The notes below the pieces were generated by a model. That model was given only the letters and a program-made list of their open reading frames with translations. It was not told the origin of the DNA and ran no database searches. From Harriotta raleighana (Eukaryota), in NCBI GenBank assembly GCA_050575255.1, contig JBNZDD010013684.1, forward strand, positions 186,001 through 250,000: a stretch of DNA of 64,000 nucleotides, written 5' to 3'. How positions within the stretch are numbered: the stretch's first letter is position 1; each line of letters starts with the position of its first letter. The translations under genes and the position numbers were made by a program. Below, piece after piece: positions 25,121-37,749 of this stretch.

Positions 25121-25552
25121 ACAATCAGTATAAGATCAGGAAATGAAATAAAACGTGTTGCTAAACAAAATGTACCATTTTCTAATGTCTGAAGTGTAAA
25201 ACATACACAGATAAATATTTTAAACACAAAATCCATCCTTTTCCTCAGTTACCTTCTCCATGCAAGTAATTGGCTGTAGAAAAAAGAAAAGTCAAACACA
25301 GGACATTTCATCCTCCCCTACAACAGCTTGTCCAGTTTCTATTAATAATAGCAATAATAACATTGATAGCAAAAGAAAATTATGTCCTTGAAAAAAAATA
25401 TTTCCAGCTTCAAGGCCAGTTTTAGAGACCAAATGTCAGTTTATGAATCCCAAATACAGTATAATATTCTAACTACCTGTATATTAATCTGATGAACCCT
25501 CCACCCCTCTCACCTACACTGCTTTATATGAATTTGTTGTTTTGGTGTTTGA

Positions 25553-25804
<252 letters not shown>

Positions 25805-28800
25805 TAATGGCCCATAGGGGGTGCACCTCACAACACTAGCCCGCGCTGTGACCTACCTACAGGCAATGGACAAGCAGCAACTTCATTTTGTGGTTATGGT
25901 TTGTGAAGGACTTACTTACTTACAGCGACCGAGACTTGGAAGGGCAGAGAACGCAAGATCATCTTATCATGCTAACACTCTTGTGTTTCTATAATTATTA
26001 TTTTTATTTAGAAATCCCCTTTTATGTACATATAGTATATTCTGTGAGACAGCTAGAAGACGTGTAAAGTGCTATATCAAATGCAAGGATTCTTCTTCNT
26101 GTTCGAATCCAAGCAGTTGTAAGTAAGTTTCCTTACTCCACTCGCCCCCAAATAATCCCTCATTAAAAATAATAATAAATTGGTCGTTTCAATCCATGAC
26201 TGTTTGTGGGGACACTGCTGTGCACAATTGGCTGCTGCGTTTCGCCCACAAATATACAGTCAATTCACTTTACAGTATATTCTGTGAAGAGCTTTGAGAC
26301 TTCTAGAAGACGTTAAAAGCGCTATATCAAATGCAAGGAGTATTATTATTATATCTGTTTCTCTCTCTCTCTGCGCCTCACTATTTGCTCCCCTGTACTT
26401 CTCTATCACATCCTTTGTTTCTATCCACATTGATCATGTCCCAAGTTCCATTTCCACTCTAAATCCTTGTCTTTCACTGTGTGTGTGTGTATGTGTGTGT
26501 TCCTCTCTCTCCTTGCATGTCGACCATGCCCCCCTCTCTGGTAGAGTTGGCATTGATTGCCTTCAGTCAGGACTGAATAGAGAGAAGCTCTATTTGCTTT
26601 ACTTGTTGGTTTCTTCTATGGTTGGTTTGTCAACTCTAAATATTTAGGGGGAAAAAAAATTGTGTTCAGAAAGAGCTAAAGCAATGACTTGCACTGAGAG
26701 TTTAGAAATACTATTCAGCAGAACCCTCTCACACTTGATTCAAAAATATTGCAACCAATTCAATGGATCCATCACATAATTTGTGTTTATACTGAAATAC
26801 AAGAGAGCTGTAGAGGATTATAATAATCCTTGCATTTTGATATAGCGCTTTTCATATCTTCCAGATGTCTCAAAGCGCTTCACAGAANACAAAATTGGGA
26901 GTTGATAATATGGTGCAAAAATACTCCCACATTTTGACCTCCTCAGATCAGAAGGAAAGCCCTTCTGGAGATTGTCAAGCGACAGAAAGTTGCACTGAAA
27001 AAATCCTAAATGTTGAAAATCTAAAGAAGTACGCTACATGTGGAGGCTGCATGAGAGTGAGTGTGATACATTAGTAGCTCAGTGGTTGGAGCACTCGCCT
27101 TGCAAGCGAGAGAACTGGGTTCATTTCCGGGCAGGTCAGGGTGAAACGTTGGGCAAGTTTCATTACTTCACTCGTCTGATACTAATCCCTCGCAAAGAAC
27201 AATAATAAATTGGTCATTTCAATCCACAACCGTTTGTGGGACACTGCTGTGCGCAATTGGCCCACACTGTTGAGACACTTCAAAGCACTTCACACAATGT
27301 ACTGGAAAGTGCAGTGACTGTGTGTTTTCTGGGCGAAAATTGATGTCGTCAATGTGAATGTTTCCTGCTTTCTGCGGAATGCGTTCNAGAAACGTGGCAG
27401 CCAATTGTGCACAGCAGCGTCCCACAAATTTTTGTTATTGACCAATTTTATGATTGTGGTTTTTTTGAGGGATTCTTATTAGGCGTGTAGGGTTAGGAAA
27501 CACAGTATATTCCACTCTTTGAGTCATCTCCAAGGCATTCTAAGGCGTTTTTGTGGAGTCCTGTAGCTCAGTGGTTGGAGCACTCGCTTTACAAGCATGA
27601 GACCTGTGTTTGAATCCAGGCAGAGTGAATCCTTGGGCAAGTTTCCTTACTTTGATCCTCCTTTGATGCAGTTTGGCAGAAAAGTCTGAATGTGTCTGGC
27701 TGCTGCTACTGATTTTTATTTCTCTTTAACAATCCGATGAATAATGTTTACAAAATGATTGAATTGCTGTCCCAGCTTTATGTGTATCATCCACCAAAAA
27801 GCTATGACGTTAAAGCCTATTCTTTCATCGCCTTGTTTCTTTCTCCATTTCCCTTTATATTCTTTTACCCTCTTTGCCTTCTAACCCCCCCACCCCAGCG
27901 CCTTGACGTGAAAGACGCGCTATAAATGTAATTTTGTTGTTGTTGGATCTACTTTACGTAGTTGCTCAAGTTCCAAATTTGGAGTTTGATACTATTTTCC
28001 CATTTATTTCTGGCCTGAAGGCAACGGTGGAGAACATTATGACTCAACTAAGACCACCATTTGTCCAGTTTATTGGACATCTGAAGCCTCCTCAGGTCCT
28101 CAGTCTGTGGTTTATCCTCAGTTAAAGCACACAGAGGTTTCATGATTTGATTTTTTTTTTTAAAAACCTTTCCTTTCCTTTACTTGACCTACTCCTTCAA
28201 AATCCCAAGACATATTAGGTCTAGGTTCGCTCATCAGTCACCTGAGATTTAAAGAGTGATCAGTAAAGTTAATGCCATGTAAATGGAACATTATATGTGT
28301 ATATGTGTGTAATGTATATATTCAATTTGATGATCTCAGGCCTGATGTTCACTGTGTAGTGCATTACCAAAGTTGAAAAGTGTGCGAGAGACCAGCACGA
28401 GATATATTTTATCCGGTACATTTTTCATCGGATACTTTTTCGCCTCTCTGTTCTCTCCCTGGATATCTCTCTCTCTGATCTATATGTATTTACAATACAG
28501 GTAAATATACCCTAGCTACCTATATTGCTATGCCAGACAAATTGTAGCATCCCTATAGCTTCTTGATGAGACACAACCAATTTAACATGTGGGAAGGTCC
28601 GGGTTTAAATGGGTCTATTTCACACAGGTCAGTCACTTTATCAACTAGGTTTTCAGTATAGTATCATTTCTCCTTCCCTAAAGACATTGGTCGAATCTCT
28701 GATATCGCATATTCGGTCAATGGTCTGTGATCAGACATACACTGTTTAACACTTTCATGCCATGTGACTCAAATCACTCTGTTTATCTGCTATAAATTGA

Positions 28801-31004
28801 TAGGAGAATGCTTATAATTATGTTTTATGTTTAGTATGTATGTACATAGAGTTCTGTAGCTTAGTGGTTAGAGCACTCGTTTCGCAGGCGAAAAACCTGC
28901 GTTTGACGAAACGATGGGCAATTTTCCTTACTCCACACACGTGCAGTTTACCTAGCAGTAACTAGGAACCTGGTTGTTCCTTGAATGGCAGATTGCTTTT
29001 CTGGAAGTATTAATTCCTTTTAAAAAAAAATCCTGATAATAAATTGGTAATCAATAATAAACAATCCGGGATTATTTGTGGGACACTGATGTGCGCAGTT
29101 GGCTGCCGCGTTTTCCCCACAAAATATAATTCAGTTTACAGCGTATTCTGTGAAACGCTTTGAGACATCTCAAAGATGTGATATGGCGCTGAATCAAATG
29201 TAAGGATTATTATTAGTACTGTAGTATCTATCTTTGCTACTGTTGCAGCTTCTTCTGTTTGGTTCCTGTTAATATTCCAGGAACGTTTCTCCGTTTTACT
29301 GACTCTCATCTGTAATGGCTTGTTGTGTGAAAATGAAGTGAAAATATATCTTAAGAATTTTAAAATGTTAAAAAAAAGTGAAAAAGTATTGTTTTTGTGT
29401 TTATTGTATTTATTTGTGAAGAGGATAATGCTTCTGGTCTAGCAACAGCTGGTTCAGCGAGAAGATTTTGCAATTTCAATAACGCAATTTTAACAGCTTG
29501 CACTTCACAGCAGATGTGTTAGAAACATTGAAACAGGAGAGTACAGCTATAATAATAATCTAATAATAATAATCCTTGCATTTAATATAATGCTTTACAC
29601 ATCTAGATGTCTCAAAGGGCTTCCCAAAATGTATTGTAAAGTGAATTGACTGTATATTTGTGGGAGAAACGTGGCAGTCAATTACACAGAGCAGCGTCCC
29701 ACAGAGAGTCATGGATTGAAAGGCCTAATTAATTATTGTGTTTTTTTGGGGGGAATTATTATTAGGTGTGTGGAGTAAGGAAACTTGTCCTGCCTGAAAT
29801 TGAACTCAGGTCTCCTGCTTGAAAGGCGAGTGCTCAAACCACTGAGCTACAAAACAAAGAGCTAAAATGAAAGGAAACAACTAAAAAAAATTGGGTACTG
29901 TATAAAATATAACGCAAAGCACAGCAAGCATACTTGTACTTTATTTAAGATATTTCAGGGAAAATATTTTGTGACACCTTGATGAGCGTGTTTATTGCTG
30001 TATCTTATTGCAAGTGAAACGAGCTTGGTTCGATTCCCGGCAGGGCAAAACATGGGCAAGTTTCTTTACTCCACATGCCTCTGTTCACCTAGCAGTAAAT
30101 CGGAACCCAGTTGTTAGTCGATTGGCAGATGGCTTTTCCGGGAGTAATATTCCCTTCAAAAAATTATATTAATTTGGTCACTCAATCCATGACTGTTTGT
30201 GGGACACTGCGTTTTGCGGTATATACTGTGAAGTGTTTTGAGACATCTCGAAGAAGTGATAAAGCACTGTATCAAATGCAAGGATTATTATTAATCCTTT
30301 GACTGTACATATTTGAAAATACTCCCTTCCTCTCATCTCTGCTTAGTGCTCCGCAATATGAGAGAAGGAGATTCCCCCAGTGTTCTGGGCAACTATCCTC
30401 CAAATAAAATCGGTCATTCACTTCACAGCTGTTTGTGGGACACTGCTGTGAGCAAATTGTCTGATGTGTTTGCATATAAATACACAGTCACTACACTTCT
30501 CAGGAAAATCCTAATGCTTTCAAAGTGCTGGGCGAAGTCTTAATGAAATGATAAGACGCTGTATCAAATGCCACAATCAGTATAAGATCAGGAAATGAAA
30601 TAAAACGTGTTGCTAAACAAAATGTACCATTTTCTAATGTCTGAAGTGTAAAACATACACAGATAAATATTTTAAACACAAAATCCATCCTTTTCCTCAG
30701 TTACCTTCTCCATGCAAGTAATTGGCTGTAGAAAAAAGAAAAGTCAAACACAGGACATTTCATCCTCCCCTACAACAGCTTGTCCAGTTTCTATTAATAA
30801 TAGCAATAATAACATTGATAGCAAAAGAAAATTATGTCCTTGAAAAAAAATATTTCCAGCTTCAAGGCCAGTTTTAGAGACCAAATGTCAGTTTATGAAT
30901 CCAAAATACAGTATAATATTCTAACTACCTGTATATTAATCTGATGAACCCTCCACCCCTCTCACCTACACTGCTTTATATGAATTTGTTGTTTCGGTGT
31001 TTGA

Positions 31005-31256
<252 letters not shown>

Positions 31257-31782
31257 TAATGGCCCATAGGGGGTGCACCTCACAACACTAGCCCGCGCTG
31301 TGACCTACCTACAGGCAATGGACAAGCAGCAACTTCATTTTGTGGTTATGGTTTGTGAAGGACTTACTTACTTACAGCGACCGAGACTTGGAAGGGCAGA
31401 GAACGCAAGATCATCTTATCATGCTAACACTCTTGTGTTTCTATAATTATTATTTTTATTTAGAAATCCCCTTTTATGTACATATAGTATATTCTGTGAG
31501 ACAGCTAGAAGACGTGTAAAGTGCTATATCAAATGCAAGGATTCTTCTTATTATTATTATACGGTAGCTAACATACCACATGCACACAACATCCTCTAGA
31601 CAAAATTGGGAGTTGATAATATGGTGCAAAAATACTCCCACATTTTGACCTCCTCAGATCAGAAGGAAAGCCCTTCTGGAGATTGTCAAGCGACAGAAAG
31701 TTGCACTGAAAAAATCCTAAATGTTGAAAATCTAAAGAAGTACGCTACATGTGGAGGCTGCATGAGAGTGAGTGTGATACAT

Positions 31783-32050
31783 TAGTAGCTCAGTGGTTGG
31801 AGCACTCGCCTTGCAAGCGAGAGAACTGGGTTCATTTCCGGGCAGGTCAGGGTGAAACGTTGGGCAAGTTTCATTACTTCACTCGTCTGATACTAATCCC
31901 TCGCAAAGAACAATAATAAATTGGTCATTTCAATCCACAACCGTTTGTGGGACACTGCTGTGCGCAATTGGCCCACACTGTTGAGACACTTCAAAGCACT
32001 TCACACAATGTACTGGAAAGTGCAGTGACTGTGTGTTTTCTGGGCGAAAA
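31783..32050 (+). mobile_element. SINE head and body followed by an inverted SINE 3' segment (duplicate at 27072-27340)
   Basis: Forward head to GCGCAATTGG, then the reverse complement of the TTTCGCCC..CAGTCA..GTGAAGTGCTTTGA segment. Confidence 0.7.
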
Positions 32051-32664
32051 TTGATGTCGTCAATGTGAATGTTTCCTGCTTTCTGCGGAATGTGTTCACA
32101 CATAGCTAACTTATTCAGTTGATGATTTCACAGAATTATACAGCACAGAAGGAGGCCATTTGGCTCATTTGAACGCATTTCAAAATCACTCTGAATTTTT
32201 GAAAACTTCATAATTAGTTCCACCCTTCAAGTACTTTAGAGGATTTGTGTTTAACCAACTCTACCCACAGTCTTTATTCCTCACCTCCTTTTCTCAAGAT
32301 GCTTCAGGACTTATTTTTTCCTACTACTGGGATACAGTCTCCTGTGTGTTGATCAGAATCATGATAATAATAATCCTTGCATTTAATATAGCTCCTTATT
32401 ACGTCTTCGAGACATCTCAAAGCGCTTCATAGGATACACCGCAAAGCGAATTGACTGTATTTTGTGGGCAAATTCATTGTAATGTAATACTGTATCTTAA
32501 GCTTGCTGAATGTCTTTCTCTGGAATGCCACCCAATTGGTAACTATTGTTAAAAAAATGAGCTTCCCTACCTAAATCAAGTTAGTTGTTGTACCTCTAAT
32601 AATAGTAATAATCATAATAATCCTTATCTTTGATATAGTGCCTTAATACTGTCCCGATTAAGAT

Positions 32665-32928
32665 CAAATCCAGGCAGGTCAGGGTAAAACCTTGGGCAAG
32701 TTTCCTTCCTCCACATGCCTAATAATAATCCACCCCCAAAAAAACACAATAATAAAAAGTGCTCATTTCAATCCACGACTCTTTGTGGGACACTGCTATG
32801 TGCAATTGCTACTGCGTTTCGCCCATAAATATGCAGTCAATACACTGTACAGTATATTTTGTGAAGCGTTTTGAGACGTTAAGAAGATGTGCAAAAGTGC
32901 TATCTCAAATGCAAGGATTATTATTATT
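32665..32928 (+). mobile_element. 5'-truncated tRNA-derived SINE
   Basis: AATCCAGGCAGGTCAGGG..CTTGGGCAAGTTTCC.., shared body and (ATT)n tail. Confidence 0.8.
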
Positions 32929-33433
32929 GTGTTCATCTGCTCAACTTTGCGTAAACCAGGATTTGAATGTTGTGATCTTTCCAGCCTGTGACTAAACGAG
33001 TTTACTGAATAAATTCACTGAACTATTGGGGGGCCTCAGATATATCTGCCATACTTAAAAATATTTTCTTTTTCTTTAAAACTCTGCGTGCCACTTGAAG
33101 GTTTAGCTGCAGAAGTAAATGTAGAATCATTTCTTAAATTAGGATTAATTTAGAGAACCCTGCAAACACAGATGGTTCTGTATGTTTGCCTGATGTTAGT
33201 TTGTGACTTCTAGATTATAGCGAGCGCATGGCATTGCATTACAATGATTTACCATCCATCAGAGCACTGGGATGTGGGTTCTTAATAACCATTCTCAACC
33301 TGGTCAGCTATTGTAGGGACAGGCACACAGCTAGGTGTTTTCCTAGCGGTGGGGTGGGGGGTGGGGGTGGGGGAGTGGGGTGTGAGCTTCATTCACGTAC
33401 CCACACACTGCTCCACTTACCTGAGGAATAAGG

Positions 33434-33761
33434 TGGAGCTCCTGTGACTCAGTGGTTAGAGCACTCGCCTTACATGCCTTACAAACATGAGACCTGTGTT
33501 CGAATCCAGGCAGATCAGGGCGAAACCTTGGGCAAGTTTCCTTACTCCACATGCCTAATAATAATCCCTCCAAAAAAACCACAATAATAAAATTGGTCAT
33601 TTCAATCCACGACTGTTTGTGGGACACTGCTGTGTGCAATTGGCTGCCGCGTTCTGCCCACAATATACAGTCAATTCACTTTACAGTATATTCTGTGAAG
33701 CGCTTTGGGACGTAGATTAGATGTGAAAAGCTCTATATCAAATGCAAGGATTATTATTATT
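33434..33761 (+). mobile_element. Full-length tRNA-derived SINE (short subtype)
   Basis: tRNA-like head (A box TGACTCAGTGG, B box GTTCGAATC), body TGTTTGTGGGACACTGCTGTG..AATTGGCTGCC, tail AAGCGCTTTG..GTGAAAAG..TATCAAATGCAAGG(ATT)n. More than 20 related copies occur in the window. Confidence 0.9.
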
Positions 33762-33942
33762 AAGGTCTTCTGAGAAAAGTGCAAAGTAGATGATCCCTTC
33801 GATAAACAACAAACCTGTTTTGTATTTTATAATGTCAAGTTAAAGGGTTAATCAGTTTTTTGAAAGAACAGTAACTGACGAGGTGACTCGCAGATTCCTT
33901 TGTTTTTCAATAACTACTCTCTTTGACGTTCCTTTGATTCAG

Positions 33943-34007
33943 GATTATTCGGACCAAGGTGCAGCAGCCCCCAAATCAACAATCTCCAGTCTCATCTCAT
34001 ACCATAG
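33943..34007 (+). CDS. pax5: Pax5 exon 4 (IIRTKVQQPPNQQSPVSSHTI), absent from the ORF track
   Basis: ttcAG|G ATT ATT CGG ACC AAG GTG CAG CAG CCC CCA AAT CAA...ATA G|GTGAGT; 65 nt, phase 2-1; completes the paired domain. Confidence 0.95.
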
Positions 34008-34044
34008 GTGAGTGTCAACCCTTCACATCTATGAGAGGTAGCTC

Positions 34045-35310
34045 AGTCCTGTAGCATTGTGGTTAGAGCACTTGTCTTGCAAACGAGAGGCTCTGGTTTC
34101 GATTCCTGGGCAGGGCGAAACGTTGAGCAAGTTTTCTTACTCCACACGTCTCTGTTTCCCTAGCAGTAAGTAGGATTGTTAGTTGATTAGAACTTTACGG
34201 TGAAAATCAGTACAACCTGATTTGAAAGATTCTTGTTTATCTGTTTTTTTTTTAGAACTCAGTGCTAGAACTCAGCACGATATTACAATGTGACAGACGC
34301 ACTCAACCATATCCTCCCAACCTGACTCATAATATCCTACATATTCTAGATTTTTAGAAAGGAAACCTCAATGAATTGAAAGTTATTGTATGCTTGGAAA
34401 TTAAGCCTAGATAAGTATCTTGGCGGTAAAACATGTATTAACATTAGCATCTTTCTCCCCCAGCCCCATTTCTGTGTGTGTTTGTGGGACACTGCTGTGC
34501 GCAATTTGGCTGCCGCATTTCGCCCCCAAATATACACCTGGTTTTCCTGCTCTCTTCCCTCTACCCCGACCACTCCCCTTACCCTCTTTCCCCCTTTCAT
34601 CCCTGGCCCCCTCACTTCCATGACTGTTTGTGGGACACTGCTGTGCGCAATTTAGCTGCCGCGTTTCGCCCACAAATATACAGTCAATTTTTCCTACTTC
34701 CCCTGAACCCTCCACCCAACTTGACTGTACAGCACCTTGGGACAACCTCCCGACGTGAAAGGATTATATAAATAAAATTTTGATTGATTGATTGATCTGC
34801 CCTTTCAGTGCTTTGGGATGTCCTCCCAACATGAAAGGTGCTATACAGTTCTAATTTTGTTGTTGTTGCCCTTCTAATGATAAACTATCGATTTTGGAGT
34901 TGCAGAAAAGATAGGAATTTCTCTCTCTCATTGTGTCCTGAAGGCCGTCTAATATTCACGTTTAGTGTTTAGAAATTCAGAATCTGCCAGTACAAATGGT
35001 TCTTTTATATCTGAAACTTCTATGTAAAAGGAGTGCAGAATAAATTGATTAATTTACAGAGCGTTATGTAGGAATCCGGTTGTTAGTCGATTGGGGGGGG
35101 TCGCTTTAACGGGGGTAATGATCCCTTTTTAAAAAAAAAAATTGTCACTCAATCCACGACCGTTTGTGGGACACTGATGTGTGCAATTGGCTGCCATGTT
35201 TCGCCCACAATATATACAGTTAATTCACTTCACAGTATAATCCCCGAAGCACTACGTCTAGAAGAGCTGAAAAGGGGCCATGTCAAATGTAAGGATTATT
35301 ATTATTATTA
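34045..35310 (+). mobile_element. Cluster of SINE/L2-tail fragments (head 34045-34190; double body + L2-type tail 34480-34795; L2 tail 34805-34867; SINE 35070-35310)
   Basis: Recurrent GTTTGTGGGACACTGCTGTGCGCAATT motif and CAG(C/T)(A/G)C(C/T)TTGGGA..GTGAAAGG tails. Confidence 0.75.
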
Positions 35311-36545
35311 GCATGTTCCCTTCCTTGTCCATCTTTGATTTGAATACACCCACAGAGGCCATTATAGTATTTTGCCTCGATCAGATTAGAGTAGATCTAA
35401 TGCTTGATGGGTGGATTAACCTCTAATTACTTCCCACCTGTTTAAGCAATTACTAAAACGTACGCTGAATGTTATTATGGATACATTTTTCCGTATAACA
35501 ATTGCCGTTCTTAAATCTCTTCACCGCCTCCACGTTTCTAAGGAATTCAATACTTCAAATGAATTTCACTAATATAACCTGGGTTTTGAAGTCTGACGAT
35601 TATTATGATAAATAGATTTTGCATTGTAATACAAAATTGAAATCTAAAATTTAAAACGGCAATAGAAAGCCCATAGAAAGTGATGTAATTAAAGTAATAA
35701 ATCAACAAAAGGTACTTATTCATTACATTTTCTGCACCATTAGGCAGTGAGGATTTTGGAAAGTTTTTTTCCTTTTCTTTTAATTCCCTTTCCTCCGCTT
35801 CCCTTTATGTGCAGAATGTGTCAGTGGTGTGTGCAGTGTGTTATCTGTGACTCAGCTTTTTAGTAGAATATAATTTTTTTTCCTTTCCTCCACCCCCTTT
35901 TGCCTCATATAGCGGTTCAGTCGTTGGAATATGTTACTTCAGGGTGACCAAAGAGTCGCGATACCATTACAATGTCTGAATAAGTCTGAAAGAAGTGATG
36001 ATATATTTTTTAGATAATAGGATAGATATCAAGACTTTTTGGTCAACCTGCAATAATCTTTAGTTCAGCAGTAAACAGCAACAATCTACCCATGTTGTAC
36101 AACTGTTGTGAGCACAGCAGTGTTTTAAAACGGCGAAGAAACTTTTCAAAGGGTTTTCTCCTTTACCCCCTCTTGAATGTATTTAGTACATCAGCATCCA
36201 TTTTTTTCCCTAAAATATGTCTCAACGGGTCTCTCCTCCGGTTTGTAAATTTATGATTGAGACAGAAGCAAGATATTATGGACACTGCTCATCCTAAAAT
36301 AATTCACAATAATAAGAGGTTATTGAGCCCCAATAATAATAATAATACTACTATAATAATAATAATAATATTCCTTGCATTTCATATATTGCCTGACCAT
36401 GTGGTAAGGATGTCTCAAAGTGTTTCACAGGTTATAATGTAGAGCGGTGTTGACTGTGAGTGTGGTCAGTTTATTTGACTATAGTGGAGGTGAGAGAAAA
36501 GCATTTCAGCGAAGTGTTTCAGCACTTTGTCTCCACATGTGAATG

Positions 36546-36758
36546 GTTTTTCAGCTCGGGTCACAAGATGGTCATCAAGCAGAGTTGCGTTCAATTTTTT
36601 TAATTTACTTTTAATTAGGAGGCATGCGCTTAACTTATTCCCATTCTCACTNGTTTTTCAGCTCGGGTCACAAGATGGTCATCAAGCAGAGTTGCGTTCA
36701 ATTTTTTAAATTTACTTTTAATTAGGAGGCATGCGCTTAACTTATTCCCATTCTCACT
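36546..36758 (+). repeat. 106-bp tandem duplication joined by a single N (36652)
   Basis: gtttttcagctcgggtcacaag...ccattctcact occurs twice, with one T/A difference. Confidence 0.9.
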
Positions 36759-37617
36759 CGACATCCATGCATGACAACTTTACAAGCAAAAGGGTCACTG
36801 CACAGCGATCGGGAGAGAAGCAACTTGGAAGTAATATGTGTCCCTCGCCCCTACATAGCCCAGTGTTTGCATTTTGATAGTGGCATCCCAGCAGGCTTGT
36901 GTGAGGTGAGCTGTTACATGTAAAACAAGTCACACCTAGGACCTCTGTGTGTGTGTGTGGCTCAGATCCATATCATGTAGTGATTTAGTGCAGCCTACAA
37001 TGTTCATGTTATGTGCCTATGTCCCCTCTATCCCAGGGATCTTTGTTTCTGTCCAGTATCAATATATCTATCCCTATCTTTAATAATAATAATCCTAAAT
37101 TTAATGTGGAGCTTTTTACTTTGCAAGGACATTTTGTGGGTGAAATTGACTGGATAGTCACATCTAGGGATTCTGTTTCCTATTCTGCCTGGGTCACTTC
37201 ACTAATACTATCAATCCTGATTCAAGTTGCTTGATCTGGTTGGGAGCCAGATGTTCAGCGCCTTAGGATGTCCCCCTGACGTGAAAGGCGCTCTATAAGT
37301 GTAATTTTATTGTTGATGTTGTTCATGAAGTTGACAACTGGTTCACCCTAAAGGACTTGGGATTGTCATGTAAAATGGTAGAGGTGGTGGGGAGGGAGTG
37401 GGGGGGTGGGGGGTGGGTGGGGGGAGGGAGGGTGGGAGGCACTGATTCATGGGGGATATGCCAAAAATCACAAAACATCCACATGTTAAAAAACTTTGTG
37501 GTGGCTTCAATGGAATAGGAAACGTTGGGAACTATTCACAGGGGTGGGGGCACTCTGGAAATTTCCAGATGTCCCACGTACTCTGTTTGAACTGTTGCTG
37601 TGTTACTTCCCTAACAG

Positions 37618-37749
37618 CACCAAGTACAGTGCCAGTGACACCCATCTCTTCAGTTTCCAATGATCCAGCGGGCTCTTCCTACTCCATCAGCGGAATCCTG
37701 GGAATCACAGCCTCCAGTTCGGAGAGTAACAAGAGAAAACGCGATGAAG
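37618..37749 (+). CDS. pax5: Pax5 exon 5 with octapeptide (YSISGILG) and basic NLS-like KRKR
   Basis: ctaacAG|CA CCA AGT...GAT GAA G|GTAAGT; 132 nt, phase 1-1; [44 protein letters not shown]. Confidence 0.95.

Noticed and set aside
25139-25148. ETS-IRF composite motif GGAAATGAAA in intron 2
   Set aside because: It is an isolated 10-mer next to a SINE tail in A-rich sequence, with no supporting cluster.
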